From an uncultured Chloroflexia bacterium (GTDB lineage: Bacteria; Chloroflexota; Dehalococcoidia; DSTF01; JALHUB01): 64,000 bases of DNA. The translations under genes and the position numbers were made by a program. A model generated the notes under the pieces. It worked only from the letters and a program-made list of their open reading frames with translations, did no database searches and was not told the origin of the DNA. Shown piece by piece: positions 9,732 through 19,570 of this stretch; within the stretch, counting starts at the first letter, position 1; every line of letters starts with the position of its first letter. The stretch covers positions 352,001 through 416,000 of the forward strand of contig OY969814.1 in assembly GCA_963703345.1 (NCBI GenBank), in the 5' to 3' direction.

Positions 9732-11135
9732 CTATCCTACAGGACGGGCGGAGCGCGGGGAACCCGAGCGCGCCCTGTGATGCGCAATCGCCTGCGCCGC
9801 GAGCTGGATGCCCTCCCACTCGTTGGCGAACGGCGGCGCGTGCGTCAGGTCGAGTTGCATCAGGTCGGCAACGGTCATCTTGCTGTGCAACGCCGCCGCG
9901 ACGACATCGATTCGCTTTGCGACGGTCCCGTGGCCCGCCATTTGCGCCCCCAGCAGCCGGCCGCTGCGCTCGTCGGCGATGAGCTTCACCGTCAGCGTCT
10001 CCGCGCGCGGATAGAACGGCGAGCGGGACGGGAAGCGGATGACTGCGCTTATCGGCGTGAACCCTGCCGACTGCGCCTGGTCGTGGGAGAGCCCGGTCCG
10101 GGCCACTTCCAGGTCGAACACCTTGAAGGCGAGCGTCGTCATGATGCCGGGGAAAGTGGCGCGACCGCCCATGGCGTTCTCGCCCGCCACGCGGCCCTGC
10201 TTGTTCGCCGTCGTGCCCAGAGGAAGGAAGATCGGCTTTCCCGTCAGCACATTGCGCGATTCCACGCAGTCGCCGGCGGCGTAGATGTCGGGGACGTTTG
10301 TGCGCATCATCTCATCCGTCGCTATCCCGCCGATCTCACCCAGGGCGACGCCGGCCTCGCGGGCAATGGCGGAATCCGGACGCGCCCCGGCGGCAATCAG
10401 CACCATATCTGCCTCCACGTCACCGCCGTCCGTCGACACCCTTTCGACCATTGCCGAGGCGCTGCCCTCGAAGCTGAGCGCCAGGCGCGGCTTCAGCAGC
10501 TCGACGGAATGGCGGCGCAATTCTTCCTCTATCAGACCGCCGATCTCCGGCTCGCTCATCGGCAGGACGGTGTCGCTCGCCTCGATCATCGTCGTTTGCG
10601 CGCCGGCCGTCGTCAGAGCCTCCGCCATCTCCAGACCAATATAGCCTGCGCCGATGATCGCCGCCCGCTTGACTGGTCGTCGGGCGATGAACTGCTTGAT
10701 GGCGATGGCGCTGTCCAGCGAGCGAAGTGCGAACATTCCGCCGAGCTCCAGGCCCCGAATGCCCGGCAGGATGGGCTGCGCTCCCGCGGCGATGACCAGC
10801 TTCTTGTAGCCGATGATTTCCTTCTCCCGCGTCGCCGCGTTGACGAACTCGACCGTGTGCTCCTGCGCGTCGATGCCCTTCACTTCGCAGCCGGTGCGGA
10901 CGTCGATCTGCCGCTCCGTGCGGAAGTAGTCCGCCTCATACACTACAAGGCTTTCTTCGTCCTTGACGACATCGGAGATGAAGTAGGGTAGCCCGCAGAG
11001 CATGAAGGATACACGCGGGCCGCGTTCGAGGACGACGATCTCCGCCTCGGGCTGACGACGGCGCGCCGCTGCCGCCGCGCTCATGCCCGCGGCGCCCCCG
11101 CCGATGACCAGCAATCGCTTGGCGCGTCGCTCCAT
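9732..11135 (-). CDS. CoA-disulfide reductase / NADH oxidase-peroxidase family flavoprotein
   Basis: GGGAAGMSAA, SFMLCGLPY redox Cys, GAGYIGLE, IYAAGDC, LGTTANKQGR, HAPPF. Confidence 0.88.
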   Translation of the reverse strand: MERRAKRLLVIGGGAAGMSAAAAARRRQPEAEIVVLERGPRVSFMLCGLPYFISDVVKDEESLVVYEADYFRTERQIDVRTGCEVKGIDAQEHTVEFVNAATREKEIIGYKKLVIAAGAQPILPGIRGLELGGMFALRSLDSAIAIKQFIARRPVKRAAIIGAGYIGLEMAEALTTAGAQTTMIEASDTVLPMSEPEIGGLIEEELRRHSVELLKPRLALSFEGSASAMVERVSTDGGDVEADMVLIAAGARPDSAIAREAGVALGEIGGIATDEMMRTNVPDIYAAGDCVESRNVLTGKPIFLPLGTTANKQGRVAGENAMGGRATFPGIMTTLAFKVFDLEVARTGLSHDQAQSAGFTPISAVIRFPSRSPFYPRAETLTVKLIADERSGRLLGAQMAGHGTVAKRIDVVAAALHSKMTVADLMQLDLTHAPPFANEWEGIQLAAQAIAHHRARSGSPRSARPVG

Positions 11136-11155
11136 GTCAATGACCCCCGGAAAGG

Positions 11156-11221
11156 TCGCCCGCCTGCCGGTGGCGCCCCATCTGGCAAGAGACAGTCTAG
11201 GGAAGGGTCTTCAGCCCTCCC
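11156..11221. repeat. Partial TCGCCCGCCTGCCGGT repeat plus REP-like hairpin CTAGGGAAGGG-TCTTCAG-CCCTCCC
   Basis: 11156-11171 is identical to 45923-45938; hairpin at 11197-11221. Confidence 0.55.
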
Positions 11222-11324
11222 GCCGGCCGGCTCTAACGCTCATTATAGCAAGAGCCGAGACACCGGGTTTCGGGCGCAGAGGTGTTTGACGTTGAAGGGG
11301 GATAGTGAGGGTTTCCTGAACGCG

Positions 11325-12350
11325 CTAGGCCGACTGCTGCAAACGCCCGCCGTCCTCGTACGCTGAGAGGCTCGATTCCGCCGCATCGAGGAGGCTTGCC
11401 GCCGAATCGGCGTCTTCCGGGCAGTTCGCCGCGCCCAGGCACAGCCGCGGCTCAGCGCCGGAGGCCTCCGCAGCGTAGCGGATCTTCAACAAACGCGACG
11501 CTACCCGGAGTTGCGCCTCGACTGCCGCTTCCTTTGGCGTCTCCGTCATGAGGACGGCTATGCTCGCCTTGCCGTAGCCCGCCAGGATATCGGGGCTTCT
11601 GATCTGATTGCGGACCACTGCGGCCGCCTTTCGCAGAAAGACCTCCGTTTGATGTCTCCCAACGCTCCTGGCGATCTCGTCCAGGTTCTCGAAGACGAAC
11701 AGCAGCAGCGTAAGCGAGTGCTCGTATCGCAGCGCCCGCTCCACCTCCTGCTCCAGCCGCAGATGCAACCATTCGCGGTCGAAGAGCCAGCGCGCCGGAT
11801 CGATGCCGCCGAATCGCAAATGTTGGTCGAGCATGCGGAGCCGCACGAGCGCCAGAGCAATATGGTCCGCGAGGCGCGGATAGAGTTCCAGGCTCGTGTG
11901 CCCCTGGTCGAAGAAGAGGACGACGCCTAATCGCTCGTCCTGCCATTGGAGTCGCGCCAGGAGGACGCGGCGCGCAGGCAGCTCCGGCGCCTGGTCGCCC
12001 ATCAGCTCGCCCAGACTGTCCAGCACCTGCACCTCGCCGCTCTCGAACACCTCCAACAGCGGGCTGGACTCCGCGACCGGCAGCCTGATCGCCGCGACGT
12101 GGGCCGAACGGACTCCTTCGCTGAGGAAGGGGACGAGCGTCCCGCTGTTGTCGTCGAGGAAGGCGCACACTGCCGTCTCCTCGTCGAACACCGACGTCAG
12201 CGAGGCGATTGCTTCGGCCAGACTCTGCCGGTCCTGCGCCGCGTGCAGCGATAGCAATGCCGCCGCAACGTCCGCCGTCGGCGCATCCAAGCGCTCGTCG
12301 AAGGGCTCACTCGCGGACATGGTTCTGCTGCTCTTGCTGGCCCTGGACAT
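11325..12350 (-). CDS. GAF-like + degenerate GGDEF domain protein
   Basis: GAF-like N-terminus; IDPARWLFDREWL..RLEQEVERALRY..SLTLLLF; RSPDILAGYGKASI aligns to RxxD...RYGGEEF. Confidence 0.8.
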   Translation of the reverse strand: MSRASKSSRTMSASEPFDERLDAPTADVAAALLSLHAAQDRQSLAEAIASLTSVFDEETAVCAFLDDNSGTLVPFLSEGVRSAHVAAIRLPVAESSPLLEVFESGEVQVLDSLGELMGDQAPELPARRVLLARLQWQDERLGVVLFFDQGHTSLELYPRLADHIALALVRLRMLDQHLRFGGIDPARWLFDREWLHLRLEQEVERALRYEHSLTLLLFVFENLDEIARSVGRHQTEVFLRKAAAVVRNQIRSPDILAGYGKASIAVLMTETPKEAAVEAQLRVASRLLKIRYAAEASGAEPRLCLGAANCPEDADSAASLLDAAESSLSAYEDGGRLQQSA

Positions 12351-12379
12351 ACATTATCTCCCTGGAGAATTATCGGAAG

Positions 12380-13150
12380 TCAGAAGCGCCGGAAGAGGGG
12401 CCCCCGACGGCCGCCCTTCTTGAAAGCGGTTCGACGCATCGTCAGCCGTCGCACGCCGGTCATCTGGCGGAAGCCGACGCCCTGGCTGATCTGGCGCAGC
12501 ACCCGCGGCGGATCGAACACGCGCACGCCGGAGATAATGTCGATGCCGAAGTCGAACAACACCGGCGAAAGCGGCGCCGTCGGCCCGAGGAGGATGACGG
12601 TGGCGTCCCGGCTGCGGTAGCTCAGGAGCGGCTCAATGGTGTGGTTGACGAACGCGGTGCCTGTAATCGCCAGAACGTCGGCCTCCGGTATCACGCGCGC
12701 CGCCTCCGCAGCCGGCAGATCGCCCGCGCGCGGACGTAGCTCCAGCACGGAAAGCTGTAGCGCCACCTCCCGCAGCTCCGGCACAAACGGAAAGTGCCCG
12801 ACGAGGACGACGTTCCTGCCTGTAGCCCGTCTCAGAAGCAAGTCGCGCGCGTTCGTCTCCTCGCAATGCGACTCGTTGACCTCCAGCAGCGAGTTCAACG
12901 CCGCAATGCCGAGCGCCGCCTCCAGCGGATCGTCGGATAGCGATAGTCCGGCCAGCTCGCGCGCGCTCCGTCCGGCGAGAGTCTCGCCGCCGCGGCTTAT
13001 GCCGCCGCTTTCGAGATACTCCGCGGAGGCCAGCGTGGAGGCCAGTCCGCAGTACCGGCTCCAGACGGCAAACCAGGCGACGTTGCTGCGACCCTCCTTC
13101 ACCGGGGCGTCGCCTTCGATAGAGTCCAGGACCGCTTCCAGTATGGCCAT
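12380..13150 (-). CDS. DUF364 / Rossmann-like domain protein
   Basis: CGLAST, EAALGIAALNS, VVLVGHFPFV, ITGTAFVNHT, LGPTAPL. Start placed at MAILEAVL (ATG 13150). Confidence 0.82.
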   Translation of the reverse strand: MAILEAVLDSIEGDAPVKEGRSNVAWFAVWSRYCGLASTLASAEYLESGGISRGGETLAGRSARELAGLSLSDDPLEAALGIAALNSLLEVNESHCEETNARDLLLRRATGRNVVLVGHFPFVPELREVALQLSVLELRPRAGDLPAAEAARVIPEADVLAITGTAFVNHTIEPLLSYRSRDATVILLGPTAPLSPVLFDFGIDIISGVRVFDPPRVLRQISQGVGFRQMTGVRRLTMRRTAFKKGGRRGPLFRRF

Positions 13151-13200
13151 CGTCAAGCCCGTTTCCAGCCGCAGATCTCTGGCCCGAAGTCGCGCAGCGA

Positions 13201-14322
13201 CTATTCTTCCGAAGGCAACAGCGGCTGTCGTACTTCCGAGAGCGGCTTGGCCCGTCCCTCGGCATCGAAGAAGAAGCGGCGCGCCCACAGCGCCACATAT
13301 ACCAGCGATATGAGCACGGGCACCTCGATCAGCGGCCCCACGACCGCGGCCAGCGCCTGACCGGACTCGATTCCGAAGACGCCGATCGCCACCGCTATCG
13401 CCAGCTCGAAGTTGTTGCTCGCGGCCGTGAACGAAAGCGTCGCCGTCTCCGGATAGCGGAACCGCAGCCGCCACGACATCAGAAACGAGACGCTGAACAT
13501 GATCAGGAAGTAAAGGAGCAGCGGTATCGCGATCCGCAGGACGTCCAGCGGCACGTCCAGAATGTACTCGCCCTTGAGCGCGAACATGACGACGATCGTG
13601 AAGAGCAGGCCGATGATCGCCGTGGGGCCCAGCTTTGGCATGAGCACGCCTTCGTACCAGTCGCGTCCCTTGCGCCGGATTCCGACGTAGCGCGTGATCA
13701 TGCCGGCGACCAGCGGGATGCCGAGGAAGATGAGAACGCTTCTCGCGACCTCCCAGAAGCTGATGTGCACTTCGGAGCCGCCGCCGAACCAGGAGCTGGC
13801 TACGCTCACGAAGAACCAGGCGTACAGCGAGTAGAAGAGCACCTGGAAGACGGAGTTTAGCGCCACCAGGACGGCGGCATACTCGTTATCGCCCTCTGCC
13901 AGCATGTTCCAGATGAGCACCATGGCGATGCAGCGCGCCAGCCCGACGATGATGAGGCCGGTGCGGTACTCCGGCTGGTCGGGCAGGAGCAGCCAGGCAA
14001 GGACGAACATGACGACCGGGCCGACGAGCCAGTTCTGAACGAGCGAGACGCTGAACATCTTCCAGGCGCCCCTGACTTTGCCCAGCTCCTCGTAGCGGAC
14101 CTTCGCCAGCACCGGGTACATCATCCACAGCAGGCCGATGGCGATGGGGATGGAGGTGGTACCGATGCTTGCGGAGTTGATGGCGTCGGCGACGCGGGGG
14201 AAGAGCTTGCCTAGCGCCACGCCGAAGGCCATCGTTAGCACGATCCAGAGCGCAATGAAGCGGTCGAGGAACGAAAGCCTTCCCGCCATGTCCCCTGGTC
14301 GTGCACTCGTGCCTGCTGTCAT
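13201..14322 (-). CDS. acr3: ACR3 family arsenite efflux transporter
   Basis: [52 protein letters not shown]. Start is either 14322 or 14289. Confidence 0.95.
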   Translation of the reverse strand: MTAGTSARPGDMAGRLSFLDRFIALWIVLTMAFGVALGKLFPRVADAINSASIGTTSIPIAIGLLWMMYPVLAKVRYEELGKVRGAWKMFSVSLVQNWLVGPVVMFVLAWLLLPDQPEYRTGLIIVGLARCIAMVLIWNMLAEGDNEYAAVLVALNSVFQVLFYSLYAWFFVSVASSWFGGGSEVHISFWEVARSVLIFLGIPLVAGMITRYVGIRRKGRDWYEGVLMPKLGPTAIIGLLFTIVVMFALKGEYILDVPLDVLRIAIPLLLYFLIMFSVSFLMSWRLRFRYPETATLSFTAASNNFELAIAVAIGVFGIESGQALAAVVGPLIEVPVLISLVYVALWARRFFFDAEGRAKPLSEVRQPLLPSEE

Positions 14323-14403
14323 CAATTGCGGCATCTGTTTGGACCTGCCAGATACCACAAGTATAGCTGAGCAGCAATTCTCAAGGAAGCGCGCCTAAAC
14401 CTA

Positions 14404-14432
14404 TTGACAGTAGTTGTAACGCGTTGTAAAGA
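14404..14432 (+). promoter_or_regulatory. Sigma70-like promoter of the HTH-MTase operon overlapped by 10-bp-phased GTTGTAA direct repeats
   Basis: TTGACA (14404-09), 17 bp spacer, TAAAGA (weak -10); GTTGTAA at 14413-19 and 14423-29. Confidence 0.55.
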
Positions 14433-14440
14433 ACGTATGT

Positions 14441-14671
14441 ATGGAATCGAGAGAAAGATACCTTAGTCTGTCGGAAGCAGCGGAGTACCTGGGTGTCAGT
14501 CGGGTAACTGTCTGGCGACGCATACGGGAAGGTGCCCTTGTGGCATATCGTTCCGCCGCATCGAGACGCGAGACGCTGATCAGACAGGAGGACCTCGACC
14601 GGCTGCGACGTCCGCGAAACATACGCTCATCCCGCGCCGCGGTGATGAGACGCCGGAAAGAGACGAGCTAG
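14441..14671 (+). CDS. Excisionase/MerR-like helix-turn-helix (HTH_17) DNA-binding protein
   Basis: YLSLSEAAEYLGVSRVTVWRRIREGALVA...LIRQEDLD. Confidence 0.85.
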   Translation: MESRERYLSLSEAAEYLGVSRVTVWRRIREGALVAYRSAASRRETLIRQEDLDRLRRPRNIRSSRAAVMRRRKETS

Positions 14672-14686
14672 GGCCGAAGGCAGTCT

Positions 14687-16348
14687 ATGAACGACGTGGC
14701 ACACGAGGAAAACACCGCTTCGGATCGCGCCGTTATATCGCTGTGTTCCTACAACAGAAAACTGAGGGGCGGCTACTACACACCTCCGACGATTGCGGCA
14801 TTCCTGGCGAAATGGGCGATCCAACACGGCTGTTCAAGGGTGCTTGAGCCTAGCGCCGGGGACGGTGAAATGGTAGCTGCGGCTGCTCGATGTCTTGACG
14901 ATAATGGCGAGGTCATGGCCGTAGAGGTTGACCCAGATGAGGCGAAAAAAGCGGCCGAGAGAGGTGGCAAACGCACTACTGTCGCTGTGGATGATTTCTT
15001 CGCCTGGTTCCGGCGGAATAACGCCCGATGCGCTTTCGATGCCGTGATCGGCAATCCTCCCTTCATACGCTATCAGCATTTTCCTGAGGAACACCGCCAA
15101 GCCGCTTTTGCCGTGCTGCGGGAAAGCGGTTTGCGTCCATCCCGGTTGATGAACGCGTGGCTCCCCTTCGTCGTAGCCAGCACAGAGGCGTTGCGGCCGG
15201 GTGGGCGACTGGGAATGGTGCTTCCCGCGGAGTTGCTGCAGGTAACCTATGCGGGTCAGTTGCGAGAGTATCTCGCGAGGAAGTACTCGCATCTCACGGT
15301 GCTGACTTTTCGGCGGCTGGTTTTTGATGGCGTTCAAGAAGAGACCGTGCTTCTGTTGGGTATCCGGCGTGATTCGCCGTCGGCGCAGATGTGCTTCAAA
15401 GAGTTGGGAGGGCTGGACGAGCTTGAGCGGGTAATGATTAACGGCGCCGAAAGGGTCGAAGTGGATCTTGATCATGCCCGTGAGAAATGGACCCAGTACT
15501 ATCTTTCCCCGTCCGAACTAGGCCTCATCCGAGATCTGGAAACTTCGGACGCGTTTTGTACACTCGGTGATCTAGCGCGGGTCGATGTCGGAATTGTCAC
15601 GGGCCGCAATGAATTCTTCGTTTTGAGCGATTACGAGGCTAGACTGCACGACGTGATGCCGTGGTGCGTGCCGTTGGTGGGTCGAGCGGCACAGATCCCT
15701 GGTGCGGTTCTGCACGATGATGATTGGAGCCGCCTCGCCGCCAGGAACGACAAATGCTACATGTTTCATCCCGGCGCCGTCGACAGAGCGGGCTTGCCGG
15801 GTCCTGCCCTCGCATACGTGAAGCGGGGCGAAGACGAGGGGTTCCATCGTGGCTACAAGTGCCGAGTTCGGCTGCCCCGCTGGTGGAATTTACCATCCAC
15901 GTGGATCCCAGATGCGTTCTTGTTGAGGCAAATTCATGATGGGCCTCGCATTGTTCAGAACAAGACACGAGCAACTTGCACCGACACCATACATCGTATC
16001 CGGACCATCAACGGGACAGACAGTGGCCGGCTCGCAGCTGCTTCTATGAATTCGCTCACATTTGCATTTACAGAGATACGCGGGAGGAGTTATGGAGGAG
16101 GCGTGCTTGAACTAGAACCCACCGAAGCTGAGGGCCTACTCTTCCCGAGACTGAGCATGCTGAGCCTGGATGCCGACGAGTTCAACGCATGGGTGGTTGG
16201 CAGGCACGTGGACGACATCCTTGACGAGGTCAACCGCCGGGTGCTCCGTCCGACCGGGCTCGCCGATTCTGACATACGGGTTCTGCGAGGCGTCTGGCGA
16301 AAACTACACGAACGCCGTCGAAGCCGGAAGCGTCACTATAACGCGTGA
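14687..16348 (+). CDS. Type II N6-adenine DNA methyltransferase (gamma class)
   Basis: Motif X GGYYTP, motif I VLEPSAGDG, motif IV NPPF, GRLGMVLP, C-terminal TRD with GRSYGGGVLELEP. Confidence 0.92.
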   Translation: MNDVAHEENTASDRAVISLCSYNRKLRGGYYTPPTIAAFLAKWAIQHGCSRVLEPSAGDGEMVAAAARCLDDNGEVMAVEVDPDEAKKAAERGGKRTTVAVDDFFAWFRRNNARCAFDAVIGNPPFIRYQHFPEEHRQAAFAVLRESGLRPSRLMNAWLPFVVASTEALRPGGRLGMVLPAELLQVTYAGQLREYLARKYSHLTVLTFRRLVFDGVQEETVLLLGIRRDSPSAQMCFKELGGLDELERVMINGAERVEVDLDHAREKWTQYYLSPSELGLIRDLETSDAFCTLGDLARVDVGIVTGRNEFFVLSDYEARLHDVMPWCVPLVGRAAQIPGAVLHDDDWSRLAARNDKCYMFHPGAVDRAGLPGPALAYVKRGEDEGFHRGYKCRVRLPRWWNLPSTWIPDAFLLRQIHDGPRIVQNKTRATCTDTIHRIRTINGTDSGRLAAASMNSLTFAFTEIRGRSYGGGVLELEPTEAEGLLFPRLSMLSLDADEFNAWVVGRHVDDILDEVNRRVLRPTGLADSDIRVLRGVWRKLHERRRSRKRHYNA

Positions 16349-17046
16349 GGGGGCAACCCCTTGTACCGCGCCGTGTAGGCCGCCTCAACTTGAGAGGAAA
16401 AGCGCTCGACCCGAAGCGAAGATAGCGGAGAGGGCGTATCGCCGTCGATGCTACCGTCTTCCGGGTTCCACACGACCATCGCTATCGCCTCGGCCATATG
16501 AGCCGGGTCCGAAATGGAGACTCTTCCTGTTAAGCGTTCAAGGGTCTCTATGATTGCGGCCTTTTGACCGGGCATTAGGCAACGTGAGGGGAGGACGACC
16601 ATGAAAGCAACAACAGCGACAGGGAAACGGCTGTGAACGGTGGTAGCTTCCGTGCCGAGATCGTTGATCATGTTCTGCCAGTTCTTGCCCACGCTTCTTG
16701 TATCATTGAGAGTCTTGCTGTCGAAAGCGAACCTAACGCCGTCGGGACGATAGCCGACATCGAACTGTTGAGGACGAACACCGCCGATTATCAACACCGG
16801 GCCACGTTCGACGCAATCTTCGCGAGGTGCCACCAGCGCACCACGCTTCGGTGGAACCACCGGGATGCCGCCCAGCATGGTGGCTAGGGCATCAGCTACT
16901 GCTTTGTCAATAAGCTCACACAGCTGGCCGGACGATTGCGGGGGTGAGCGCTTCAGGCAGCCGCCCAGCTTCGTCCACCGCTTTCCAAAGGCTGCGAGGT
17001 CGCTCCGCGGTATGGTCAAGGGTGGCATTCTTGTCAGTTGGGCCAT
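16336..17046 (-). CDS. Putative type II restriction endonuclease (PD-(D/E)xK)
   Basis: Convergent with and overlapping the MTase; FDVGY...FDSKT catalytic-like pattern followed by KNWQNMINDL, reminiscent of XhoI/PaeR7I-type enzymes. Confidence 0.72.
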   Translation of the reverse strand: MAQLTRMPPLTIPRSDLAAFGKRWTKLGGCLKRSPPQSSGQLCELIDKAVADALATMLGGIPVVPPKRGALVAPREDCVERGPVLIIGGVRPQQFDVGYRPDGVRFAFDSKTLNDTRSVGKNWQNMINDLGTEATTVHSRFPVAVVAFMVVLPSRCLMPGQKAAIIETLERLTGRVSISDPAHMAEAIAMVVWNPEDGSIDGDTPSPLSSLRVERFSSQVEAAYTARYKGLPPHAL

Positions 17047-17052
17047 GGAACG

Positions 17053-17081
17053 ATAATCGCACGTAGCAACAGTTCTGTCTA
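17053..17081 (-). promoter_or_regulatory. Putative leaderless promoter of the nuclease gene
   Basis: Minus strand TAGACA-17 bp-GATTAT with TG extension, 6 nt before ATG 17046. Confidence 0.45.
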
Positions 17082-17119
17082 GCTACCCAGTGCACTCGCA
17101 AAGCGTCGGTTCGTCTTGC

Positions 17120-17148
17120 TTGACCGCTCCCTGGGCCGCTCTTAGAAT
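17120..17148 (+). promoter_or_regulatory. Sigma70-like promoter for coaE-cbbQ
   Basis: TTGACC-17 bp-TAGAAT. Confidence 0.65.
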
Positions 17149-17208
17149 GGTTGTGCCTGTTGCGGCCGGCCCGGGCCGGCAGCGGCGGCGCATATCTCGG
17201 GCGGAGCG

Positions 17209-17820
17209 ATGATCACTATCGGCCTTACCGGCGGCATCGGCAGCGGCAAATCTACCGTCGCAAGAATGCTCTTCGACAAGGGCGCCGCGTTTGTGAACGC
17301 CGATCTCGTCGGCCACCGCTCCTATCGCCGGGGCTCGCCGACGTACGAACGCCTTGTCGAGACCTTTGGGCCCGAGATCGTCGCCACGAACGGCGAGATC
17401 GACCGGCAGGCGCTCGGCCAGCGCGTCTTCGCCGACCCACAGGACCGCGAGCGGCTCAACGAGATCGTCTGGCCCGCCATGGCCGAGATCATGTCCCGCG
17501 ACCTCGAAGGCCTTCGCGGCAAGAACGAGCGCGTGGCCGTGCTTGAGGCCGCAGTTTTGCTGGAAGCCGGCTGGCAATGGCTTGTCGACGAGATCTGGGT
17601 CGTCGTGGCGAGCCCGGAGGTGGCGACGAGGCGGCTGGAGGCGAAAGGCATTTCCCGCGAACAGACGGAGGCGCGAATTCGGACCCAGCTTAGCAACGAG
17701 GAACGCAGCCGTCAGTCTAGCGTAGTCATCGAGAACGACGGTTCGCTGGCAGAGCTCGAGGAGCGGGTGCAGTCGTTGTGGGAGGAGCTCCAGGCCCGAA
17801 TCGCTCAACGGAAGAATTGA
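17209..17820 (+). CDS. coaE: Dephospho-CoA kinase
   Basis: [37 protein letters not shown]. Confidence 0.95.
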   Translation: MITIGLTGGIGSGKSTVARMLFDKGAAFVNADLVGHRSYRRGSPTYERLVETFGPEIVATNGEIDRQALGQRVFADPQDRERLNEIVWPAMAEIMSRDLEGLRGKNERVAVLEAAVLLEAGWQWLVDEIWVVVASPEVATRRLEAKGISREQTEARIRTQLSNEERSRQSSVVIENDGSLAELEERVQSLWEELQARIAQRKN

Positions 17821-17857
17821 TTTCCCCAAACGCTTCGGTCCCCAGGGTGAAACCGTA

Positions 17858-18757
17858 ATGCCAAAACGAGCACGATTGGTCGAAGGCGATTTCCGGCAGT
17901 ACGCCGTGGAGGAATACTACGCGCTGAAGGAGCCCTACTACCTGCCCATCCGCGACGAAGTGGAGCTCTTCGCCGCCGCCTTCTCCCAGCAGATACCAGT
18001 CCTCCTCAAAGGGCCCACCGGCTGCGGCAAGACCCGCTTCATCGAGTACATGGCCTGGAAGCTGGGACGGCCCCTCACCATAATCAAGGACGCTACCGAC
18101 GGCGGCAGCGAGAAGACGCACGGCCTGCCACTGGTTACGGTCGCCTGCCACGAAGACCTGACCGCCAGCGATCTGGTCGGCCGCTACCTGCTCGAAGGCG
18201 ACTCCACGCGCTGGATCGACGGCCCCCTGACTCGCGCGGTGAAGGCCGGGGCCATCTGCTACCTTGACGAGGTCGTCGAAGCGCGGAAAGACACGACTGT
18301 CCTTATCCATCCTCTAACGGACCACCGGCGCATCCTGCCGATTGAGAAGCGTGGTCAGATACTGGAAGCGGCGGCCGGGTTCCTTCTCGTCATCTCCTAC
18401 AACCCGGGCTACCAGAGCGCCCTCAAAGACCTGAAGCACAGCACGCGGCAGCGCTTCGTCGCCCTGGAGTTCACGTATCCGAGTCGGGAACAGGAAGCGC
18501 AAATCGTTGCCCGCGAAGCCGGCGTTTCGGCGGAGATGGCCGGCGAGCTGGCGAAGCTGGGCGAAAAGGTCCGCAACCTCAAAGAGCATGGCCTGGCCGA
18601 AGGCGTTAGCACGCGCCTGCTCATCTACGCCGGCAAGCTGATCACGAAAGGCGTCTCGCCGCGCCAGGCCTGTCAGTCCGCGGTCGTCTGGTCCCTCACA
18701 GACGACCCGGAGCTTCAGCGCAGCATCGAAGAGGTCGTATCGTCCATTTTCGAGTGA
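17858..18757 (+). CDS. CbbQ/NirQ/NorQ family AAA+ ATPase
   Basis: [55 protein letters not shown]. Confidence 0.93.
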   Translation: MPKRARLVEGDFRQYAVEEYYALKEPYYLPIRDEVELFAAAFSQQIPVLLKGPTGCGKTRFIEYMAWKLGRPLTIIKDATDGGSEKTHGLPLVTVACHEDLTASDLVGRYLLEGDSTRWIDGPLTRAVKAGAICYLDEVVEARKDTTVLIHPLTDHRRILPIEKRGQILEAAAGFLLVISYNPGYQSALKDLKHSTRQRFVALEFTYPSREQEAQIVAREAGVSAEMAGELAKLGEKVRNLKEHGLAEGVSTRLLIYAGKLITKGVSPRQACQSAVVWSLTDDPELQRSIEEVVSSIFE

Positions 18758-18768
18758 GGAGCGAAAAC

Positions 18769-19542
18769 ATGAAATCGTCTATACTCAGGACATCGCTGGT
18801 CTTCGTCGCGGCACCGGCTCTCATCTTGGTGGTCGCTTCGGGCTGTGGCGGAGGCAGCGGGAACAGCAACACCGGCCCCACGGTGCCGGCCGGCCCCACG
18901 CTGCCGTCGACGACCGCGGCCAAGTCGACGACTCCAGCGGGAGCAGGACAGGTGCTCATCACCGGTAATACTGCGACTCCGCCTTCAGGCGTGCTAACGC
19001 CAAGAACGGGTGATTTCGCGTCGCTCTGTCAGAAGAGCAGCGCCAAGCAGTTCACCGCGGCGGAAACGGTTATCGACCCCAGCAAGAAGTACACAGCGAC
19101 CCTGCGAACTGACAACGGTGATATCGTCATCGAGTTGGAGCCCAATCTGGCGCCGGTCACGGTCAATAGCTTTGTGTTCCTCTCCTGCAAGGGCTTCTAC
19201 GACGGGCTGACCTTCCACCGCGTCATAAGCGGCTTCATGGCCCAGGGCGGCGACCCAACCGGTCGCGGCAGCGGGGGTCCCGGCTACAACGTCCCGGACG
19301 AGTTCACCGCGTCCTCGTTCGACAGGGGCACAGTGGCAATGGCGAACACGGGCGCGCCCAACAGCGGCGGCAGCCAGTTCTTCATCTGCTTCGCGCCACA
19401 GCCGAGGCTGAGCGGGGGGTACACCGTCTTCGGCCAGGTCACCTCAGGCTTGGACGTGCTGGATAAGATCACGCCGCGTGATCCGGCGACGGCGACGACG
19501 CCCGGCGACAAGATCGTGAGTATCACCGTCCAGGAGCACTAG
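18769..19542 (+). CDS. Cyclophilin-type peptidyl-prolyl cis-trans isomerase, predicted lipoprotein
   Basis: Lipobox ASGC; FYDGLTFHRVISGFMAQGGDP, AMAN, SQFFI, YTVFGQV. Confidence 0.93.
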   Translation: MKSSILRTSLVFVAAPALILVVASGCGGGSGNSNTGPTVPAGPTLPSTTAAKSTTPAGAGQVLITGNTATPPSGVLTPRTGDFASLCQKSSAKQFTAAETVIDPSKKYTATLRTDNGDIVIELEPNLAPVTVNSFVFLSCKGFYDGLTFHRVISGFMAQGGDPTGRGSGGPGYNVPDEFTASSFDRGTVAMANTGAPNSGGSQFFICFAPQPRLSGGYTVFGQVTSGLDVLDKITPRDPATATTPGDKIVSITVQEH

Positions 19543-19570
19543 CGCTCAGGTGAGCGAGACGGTAGCAGGC

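Noticed and set aside
14441-17046. Prophage or integrative element suggested by the excisionase-like HTH
   Set aside because: No integrase, tRNA, att repeats or phage genes; treated as an R-M cassette.
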